Origin: the human T2T-CHM13v2.0 reference genome, Homo sapiens | Reading direction: 5' to 3' (one strand) | Length of the DNA stretch: 64,000 nt | Assembly: GCF_009914755.1 (NCBI RefSeq) | Contig: NC_060925.1 | In this document: in pieces, positions 50,806 to 64,000 of the stretch | Numbering within the stretch: the first letter of the stretch is position 1 | Layout of the letters: each line of letters begins with the position of its first letter | Notes under the pieces: model-generated | What the model was told of the DNA's origin: nothing | Databases searched by the model: none | Seen by the model: the letters and a program-made list of their open reading frames with translations, nothing else | Translations under genes and position numbers: made by a program

Positions 50806-52640
50806 CTGCAATTTTGTAAAAGGTACACATTATTTTTGGAATTTTAAAACGGTTGTGGTTCACAGCTTCACGAGAAAGCTCTTATTTTCAGACTTGGTCT
50901 CAACCTACACAGCAATCTGATAAATGGTACCTCATTTGTCACTAGGCTCAGGTGCCAATGACGAGCAGAAGAGGTGGCTTCACGGGAGTAACGAGAAGGT
51001 GGCTCAAAAAGAGGGACCCAGGGCGTGGGGATCCAACCACAAAAAGAACTTTATTTCCTGCCTGTGACACTTCAAACCGTACAGCTGATCTTATGAACAA
51101 TTTTGGAAATAAGTGGAAAAAGAGAAGTGTTGAGGATTAGCCTGAACTACCTGGTTACATACTTTACTGTGTTTGTGGACAGAACAGAACACAGTGTGGC
51201 CTGATGGGCTAGTCTCACAGCTGCCCAGCCATGCCACCTCTGTCTAAGGGTCCCGGCCCTGAGCCTGATAAGAAAATATGCTTTGCAAAACAGCACAGGG
51301 GTTGAGCTGTGGCTGTGTTTGCCATTAGCATTTCCTGTCCACCTTATCTGTTTAAAAAGAGATAACAGATAGAGCAGCACACACTACTGCCAATCTCACA
51401 AAGGCTCAGAGCAAGCCACTGTGCTGCCTCCTAAAAATGGAGTAAGAGCAAAAGGCACGTTTATAGGAGAAGAGGCAAGGCTGGGGGCTGGGGGAGGAGA
51501 ATGCCAGTGAAGGAACGACGAGCCCATGCCATGCAGCAAATGATAAGAAGATCAAATAAAATGAACAAGTGATCATTACCCACTTCCAACTGCATCTACT
51601 TCCAGTTCACTGTGCAGGCCACGCCACCCCTTGCTGCCAAGTTGGGATCCCACTTCCACCCTAAACACTGCCTAAGTCATCCCATCTGGTTTAAGGCACA
51701 TTGATCGCAATGTGTCTCTCTCCATCTCTTATGAGCACATGTCTGTTTAATGTTTCTGGTTTTATATGCATACGTGTTTGTAAGCATGACCTACAGATGG
51801 GTTATGTTCCAAATTTGTTGATTCTTAACTTTTTAAAACAAGGCAAAAACCAAGAACAGCATTTTGTGAATCATAGAAATTTCCTCCAGAAATTTCTCAA
51901 CGCTTTAAAAGATTGTAGGTCTCTTATCCATTCCCCAAATCCTACAAAATCCACAATATGGCCAGAATAGTACTAACAGGAACCCTCACCTTTAAGTTGC
52001 TCTAAGCTTTGAACTGTCGGCTCTGAGGCACTTGGCCCTGGAAGCCCTGATGTGAGTGGAAGAGAAGGGAAATGCTGTGGCTAGTGGGTGAGTGGGTGAC
52101 TCTCGTGGCTAGGAACTTTGGTGGCTCGGAAAAGGGCACATCCAGGAGCTAGGAGGTGGGGTTGGGGCTGGGTTTACTGGGAGAAATGGGAAGTATGGCA
52201 CAACAGACTTCAGAAAATAGGATGTCAATGATGGGAAAGACTCAGGCAGACAGGGGCTTCCAAGTTAGAGGAGAGCTTGGCAGCTGGGGATGCAGGGGTG
52301 GTGGCTGTTCACTGCCTGCATGGGTCACCTGAAGTCAAATGCTTGTAAGCCCAGGTCTGCCCTTATCTCAGCCTTTGTCATCACCGTTAGCTTGAGAGCA
52401 GGGACTGTGTTGCTCACTTCCTCTGACCCTCCCACCATGCTTCTGACCTGCGCACACACCTGGCGAAAGAGTGCCGAAAGGAGTTCTGTGAACCTCTGCC
52501 CAAGCAAGCTGTGAGGGCACAGCCCTCTGGAGCACGGCTAACAGGCTTGGGGCACAGCCCTGCAGCTCAGCCTTCCCTGAGGACACCTGTCATCAGGTCT
52601 TCCCTTTGCCCATGATTTCAACAAAGAGAGTCTGGGGTGA

Positions 52641-52990
<350 letters not shown>

Positions 52991-54019
52991 TGAAAAGGGG
53001 TTTTCTAACTGTTCATGTTTAACAAACAGTTTTCCTGCTAGCATAGTTGAGTTCCCCAGAATCAACCCCAATCCCAGAATAATCCTAACTGGGGTCACAA
53101 GATCATTGACAATTCTTTGCACACTGCTGCTGCCTTAATAGAAAATGTGAATTACGTTTTTTCAATCGCACTCTACAGAAATTATTCACAGCAAATAAAA
53201 ACACATTTATCAAGGCATCCGTCTGTAAAATCTTGGCTGTAAATAGGTACTGCGGCAGTAATTTACACATTGAAACAACTATTTTCATGATTGATTTAAA
53301 ACTTGTTCAGCAATTAGCTGGTATACTCAGGAGGTGACCAGCTATAGAGAATAAAGTCAATGGATAGAAGCGTCCCTTTGGGCATTATGGACACGTGGAC
53401 ATTGGCTGGCTGGGAGCAGAAGCACCCAAGCCTTGTTTCTAAGAGTGATTTCTCAGCATAGTGTTGTGTAATGTAGAACGCTTTCAACTTCTAGTTAGAG
53501 CTAAAGTTTCCCCAAACATGGCATGGGGACTATTGCAGAATATAAGACACAGGGTTAGAGGGAATTCACAGCTTCCTGAATCCCAGTGATGATGTGCCCT
53601 CCTGAAAGAAGAGTCACCATAGGGAGTGATGCCAGGCCAATTTACTATGTGGGAGGAGCCACATATCAACTAGGGAGTAAGAAGTAGGGTCCAAATCCCA
53701 ACAAGGGGAAGAGGCCAGGAGGGGCAGTGCCCTAGGAATGAGTACAAAACAAACACAGATCAGCTCTATCAAAAAAGTCAACCTTGACAGAGAAAACATT
53801 AACCAGAGCCTTTATGATTTCTTTACCCACAAAGTCTGGCATCTGATCCTCCCCCTAAAGGAGGGTGAAGTAGGAAGAAGGTATCTAGAAAAAAGTATGT
53901 GCCCAGTGAGTTCTCTGTAGTAGTGAAAAACCATGGACCTTCTTTCCACAGAAAAAAAGAATCTAGGATCTTTAGTGTCTGACAGTAAATGTCTAATATC
54001 CATCAATTCTGAAGTCTCA

Positions 54020-54377
<358 letters not shown>

Positions 54378-55495
54378 TTAGAACTTACGTGTATGAGGCA
54401 TAAATAGGCCATTCAGGGTGTAACTTGAAGGATATCAAAGCCTTCCATTCTGGAAATCATCTTTCACCAGCCCAACACTGTCATTATTTCTATATCCTGC
54501 TTCTGGTATCAATGGGGATTCAATATAGTGAATAAATAAAAGAAGGAGTAAAAGATCCTAAGGCAGCATTGCATATTTATACCCAAGTACAAATTAATTT
54601 ATCAGATTAGTTAGCAGAGAGCAGCGCCTAAGGGATGGAGCAGAAATAGTAACAGTAAAAGAAATCTTAAAGAAAATGTGCCATACATAGGATTTACTGT
54701 TCTTTAAAAGTTAGTTATACTTGAAAATGAATCCAATTCCTTCAACACACCAAGTTTTGACATTAATACTCCCCCAAAACTGTTCCCAGGAACATGAATA
54801 CATAATACACGCTCAAGAGATTCACAATCCACAGAGTAGATTAAAGGCTCGAACGGTCTTACTGTAAAGAATTCTACTTAATTTTGTTTAAACCAGCATT
54901 TGTCAAGCTTGTTTATTCATCCAGCTGTTCATTCATCCATTTTATGAATTACAGAGCACTCACTCTAGGCTCAGGGTGTCCTGGGTGCTGGGGATAAAGA
55001 GTCAAGGGCCTTACTCTTACAGCACTTGCATGGGAGAAGACTGCAAATGGGCAAATTAACAGCTAAAGGTGCTAGAAAGTAGCAGGCAACACTCACTGCC
55101 ACGATGAACACATAGCAAGGTGACATGATAGGGACTGACTCAGGAACTCTTTTAATTTGGGTAGATAGGAAAGGGGCCCCTGAGGAAATGACATTTATTA
55201 AGCTGAGATCTGAATGACAAGAACAATTTAATTATGTATGGGTCTTGGAGAAGAACATGTTAGGCAGTGGCAACAGCTAGTGCAAAGGCCAGGAAAGAGC
55301 TTGGTGTCCTTAAAAACACTAAAGAAGACCTGTGTATTTGGAATATAGTGACCAAGAAGGGGAGGGACAGGCCAGATCATGCAGGGCTTTGTAGATTAGG
55401 GCAGGGAATTATTTTAGTGTGATAGGGAGTTACTGGGGTTTGTTAAGCATGGGCCAAGGCATGATCTGATTTATATCCTCAAAGGGTTTCCCATA

Positions 55496-56203
55496 TGTAC
55501 AGTAAAGGATTAACTTACCCAAGGAGAGGTTTAGGCATTTGCCCTCAGCTCCTGAGAGGTAACCTTTAGCCCCTGGAATGTCTGGCTTGAGATGAGTGTC
55601 TTTGTTTGTCTGGGGGCTCTGGGCCACGCTAGACAGATTATGCCAACAGTATGATGTATGGCAGGGGCCTTCGCCATGCCATCTGGTCCATGCTAACATG
55701 GATTTTAGTCCATGCTAACATGTGATTTAAGCTTTGGGTCATGGGCCATGCAGTATCGGGTCAACTTCTGGAGGGAGAGGGAACTAAGAAGATCAGCCAC
55801 ACTGTGGTCAGCCATGCCCACGTGACTAAGCCCTGATTAAAACTCTGGACACTAAAGCTTGGTGAGTTTCCCTGGTTGTCAACACTTCGTGTATATTGTC
55901 ATACATTGTTGCTGGAAAAAAGAGGTGTTGTCCATATAGCCCCACTGGAAGACAACAACTGAAAGCTCATGTCTGGTGACTCCTGAACCCTGCCCTACGC
56001 ACCTCTTCCCTTGGCTGATTTAATCTATGTGCTTTCATTGTAAAAAGCCTTAGCCATGAGTAGAATAGTTTTCCTGAGTTCTGTGAGTCTGAGTTCCTGA
56101 GTCCTAGTGAATTTTTGAACCTGATGGTGGTCTCAGGGAGCCCAGATTTATAGCTGGTATCACAAGTGAGGGGGGTCTTGGGGACTCTGAACTTAGTACC
56201 ACA
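55496..56203 (+). mobile_element. ERVL solo LTR (MER21/MER77 family), adjoining L2 remnants at about 54930-55490
   Basis: TG...CA, about 710 bp; tgtacagtaaaggattaac...aaaactctggacactaaagcttggtgagtttccctggttg...gggggtcttggggac. Confidence 0.7.
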
Positions 56204-59200
56204 GAATGCTTTTTTCACTTACTATCCACTAACATCCCTCAGGAGCACTGTTCCATATCAGTGCCATTCCACCCTTCTGCTGTTCTAAAGAACTGTCATT
56301 CCAGCACAGCTCAGAGCACACTGTCCCAACCACCACAATTTACTCAGGATCGGGCTGAAGAAGCTGAATGAAACCAACTGAGACGAATGATTTGACCACC
56401 AGCAATTAACGAAAGGCAGAGAAAACGAGGGGCAAAAATCAATGCTCTTCAGAGATGACTGGAGAGAGAGGATGCTTCATAGAACAGGAGGCACCACCAT
56501 GTGGGATAGTTTTGCTTTGTGAGCAGGGCTGGTCCAGGTTGTTTCTTTCATATTTAAAGGACACTGACTCTTTGAAACCTGAAGAAGAACTAGAACCAGA
56601 CACTTAAGACCTTTTGGCTTGCAGCTGAAGGTAGTTAGGCCCTGGCTTAAACTCACTGAGAAAAAGCCCCGTGAAAAACAGTTGGTCAAAGAAAAGTTAT
56701 TATAATAAGCATGCTTCTTGTACTTAGTGTCTTTGTCTGGTGCATAGATTGGAATATTTTATTTATTTGTGGTTGACAAAGGCAATTAGTAGATTCGTAT
56801 TTCATTATTTAAAACATTCATTTCTATATTTAACGCATTGAGGGCAATTATTTGTGGGTTCTTAGCTATTCACTTGGAGGGACTGAGACTGCTACACATT
56901 CTTCTAAGCACACGTGGAACATTTACAAAAAATGACCATACCTGGGCAATAAAGAAAGTCTCAAAAAAATTTCAAAACAACAAAATCATAGAGCTCTTTT
57001 TTTTCTGGCCACAATGAAATAAAGATAGAAATGAATAGTTAGAAAATCTCCATATTTTGGGAAACTGAGTAGTACCTTTCTAAACAACCTATGAGTCCAA
57101 AAATACTGACTGTTCAGTGCTGTGTACACTGCTATATGTATTTTATTTCATATATTTTTTAAAAGTTAAAACAACAACAATAGAATTAATCCAGAAAGAA
57201 GAACAAGGACATCACTGCCTATGTAGCTGTCTTTCCCAGTTCATCTGGAGCCTCTGGGCCTGGCAAGTAGAGAGTGCTTAACGGAATTCTGGGGAGTGAA
57301 CGACTAAACATATTGGGGGTGGTGCTGAAATTCTCAAAAGCATAAAACCTCAAATATTTGCCAGCAAATTTTCAGAAGACAATTTGACCTCTGAATGTAG
57401 GTTATGTAGGTTGTTGGAAAAACTGGGTTTGATTCAGAGTTTTGTCCTAGAAGGCAAATCTAACCTGATTTCTTGCTTTTCTCTTAATAAACCCAATTTT
57501 AATTATTTTATCTTTAAAGAAACTTTAAGGTCACTTTCCACCTTCTGGAAAGTTCAACAACAAGGAAGTGACAGAAAGCACTTTAAGGCCAGAGGTGAAC
57601 TCACAAGAAAAATAAAAGAAGGCATGTCAAATGCCCTTCTCATGGGCTGATGACTTCCAGAGGTTCTACCCCATGTCTCATGCTCTGCTCATAGAGTGCA
57701 CATGGTAAGCATCTCAAGGAATCCTCTGAGGCTCCACAACATGAGAATCACCTGGAAATGCCTGGTAAATTCCGATTCTTTGTTGCATACAAGCATCTGA
57801 GCTTGGGGCCTGGAAATGTGCCTTTTTTTATGGCTCCCAGCCCCTGCCCCCGGCAATTACCATGAAGTCAAACACTGAGAACCACCATGTGATGGGCTAT
57901 GCAAGGTCAGTCTGCGTGACTGAATAGACTGAAGAATAGCAATCAAAACTCAAAGGCTGGCTTGGAATTTAACAAGCGCTGGCCCATCTCTTAGCAGGTG
58001 TCTCAGACAAATGTAATAAAGAAAAACAGAACCTAATCCGCGCAAGCTGGGGCACCAAGGCACACCGAGGCCTCACACTCTTGCAGACCCAGCATGGGGT
58101 GCCAAGGAGATCTGAATCAGTAATAGGACTCACAGGATGCTGCCTGAAAGCCTCGGTCAGCCCCCAAACTGCTCAAAGACTGGCATGAGAGAAGATGAAT
58201 TTCATCTGCAGTGGGTTTGGAAGGACCCGAGTGGGGGTAGGTCTGCATTTTTCATAAGTAGCCAACATAATTCTGGATAGTTTCAGTTGCAAGCTTGTGA
58301 AAAACTGCTTTCTGGGGAAATCCCCCCAAGTCAGTTTGGTGTTCAGGGTTGCTAACAGTCACTGTGCGACCTTTATACAGGCTCTGACAAGGATCTGTGT
58401 ATGTGCTGATGATGTTGTTGTTCTCCATTTGCCTGACAATTCTGGGACTTTGAGCAACTCCCTACCTCCACAGCCCCTGTACAGAAAGAGTGAGGTCTCA
58501 GCACTCACGTGTGCAAGACCGCATGAGGCAGCTGGTTCAGGAGTAACAGCTGTCAAGATTTGCACTTACTGGGGGCTTGGTTGCACAGGCTTGAGAACCC
58601 TTGTCTGTGGTGGTCCACCTGTCATCTTGCAACCATCATAACTGATCACTTCTGTCACTTATCTTTGCAGGATTTGCCTCGACCTGACCTGATATTATTT
58701 CCTATGGATTTTCTTTCCCTTTCAAGTCTGGCCACATTTAAGTTAAATAAATATTTTAGAAAACAAAAACTAAACTCACATGGAAGCCACAAGGGAGCAA
58801 GTACAGGATAGCAGTGGCTTCTGTTAACAGCAGCATAAATAAGAAATGACAGTGGTCCTGGGGACAGGTAGAAGCATCCCTCTGCTCCTTCCCTTCTTAG
58901 GAGATGGAAAATGAGGACAGAATATCTTGGGGGAAGACATGCAAATACTTGCCCTTGTGGGCACAGGCTGTCATTTCTGATAATCCACATCTAAGGCAAT
59001 AAGAAAGAAATTTTAGATGATAGAGAATGCACATGAGAAAAAAAAAATCCCAAATAAAATATTTTTAAAGCATCCATCTGTTTTGATGAAGCCTCTGGAG
59101 CTAGAAGACAGCTCACTTAACATATAAGTAACTGGAAACATGAGTATGACCACCCCGCTTTTGAAAAATGCCTGCACCCCACAGTTTCAATGAATAAAGG

Positions 59201-60213
59201 AGTTATCTGCCAATTTTACTGCCAGCTTTAGCTTATGAGTTGAGCTGAATCTTTTAATTAAAAATTTATAACGTAATAATAATACTTAAACTCATATTGC
59301 ACCTTTTCCCCAGGAAGCTCAAAGAACCTTCTTAACATCAAATTATTCATCTTTTATAGCAATCCCGGTCAGGTCTATGGGAGCCAAAATATTTTAGCGA
59401 GTACTTAAAACTAATGCTTGATGAATGGATGATATTTTTTTTTTTTCCTTTTTGCACTCTGCAAGGAACCGAGACAAGGTTAAGCATGGAGACAGAGCAA
59501 ACTGGAGCTGTGGCAGGAACAGCTCCTCCTCCTGTGCTCTATGCCACCTTTAGCCACAATCAGGTAACCAGGGACCCTGGGACAAAAAGCACAGGTGGAA
59601 GGGATCCCTGGCTGCACACTGAAATTACCTTGGATCCCTTGAAAAGAGGTCCCTGGGTGTGCCCAGGCATAGGTTGAAATACCTATGCCTGGGCTCCCAC
59701 TACCCAGAACAATTAAAATAGAGTCACTTGAAGTGGGTCTCAGGCACTTCTATTTTTAAAAGTTCTGCAAGTGATCCTGACAGGCAGCCTGGGTTGCACA
59801 CCACCAGGATATAGAAAGAGCACTGGACAAGGAGTCAAGACACTGGTCTAATTCCCAGCTTTCCTGCTGTGTGACTTCTATAAGTCACTAAAGCTCTTAT
59901 ATGGTTCAGTGTCTCCATTTGGAAAATGACAACACTGACATTTCTGATTCTAAGAATTAAACATCTCTAAGGATCTTTGTCGAACACTAGAGAAAATTAT
60001 GTTATTCTCCCTTCTTACAAAGCAATATCAGACCATATCCCTAAATTAGTGAGTCTCAAACATTTTTATGTGTAAGAATCAGCTGGGAGATTTTTTTTTA
60101 AATGCAGATTCCTTGGCCCCACCCTTAGCATTCTAATGCAGGAGGTCTGAATATGTACTTTTCCTAAGTTCTGATGCAGGTAGTCCTTGGCACATACTTT
60201 AAGAACCAGTCCC

Positions 60214-64000
<3,787 letters not shown>

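Overview
Human/hominoid genomic DNA (Alu, L1PA, MaLR repeats), not microbial. The window holds the 3' part of SUSD4 (sushi domain containing 4) on the minus strand. Six coding exons of the transmembrane isoform are present: sushi 2, sushi 3, sushi 4, TM, cytoplasmic tail with LPSY/PPAY motifs, and the last exon plus 3'UTR. All have GT-AG boundaries in compatible phase. The alternative terminal exon of the short isoform (SUSD4b) is at 17055-17203. The rest is intron and flank with a two-LTR MST MaLR element, a ~6.5 kb old L1M, a nested MLT1/MST/5'-inverted L1PA cluster, Alus, MIRs, a MER53 and the 5' half of an L1PA with an open ORF0 pointing into SUSD4. I see no evidence of a new multi-gene system. 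The most promising leads concern hidden isoform potential: an 81-nt in-frame cassette exon candidate, two microexon candidates, a possible TG acceptor, stop+poly(A) cassettes directly behind two sushi exons, and an L1 antisense promoter. There are also dense TALE (MEIS/PBX/TGIF) motif clusters. These are sequence-based hypotheses needing RNA-seq or conservation checks. Repeat subfamily names and exon numbers come from recognition, not from a database search.
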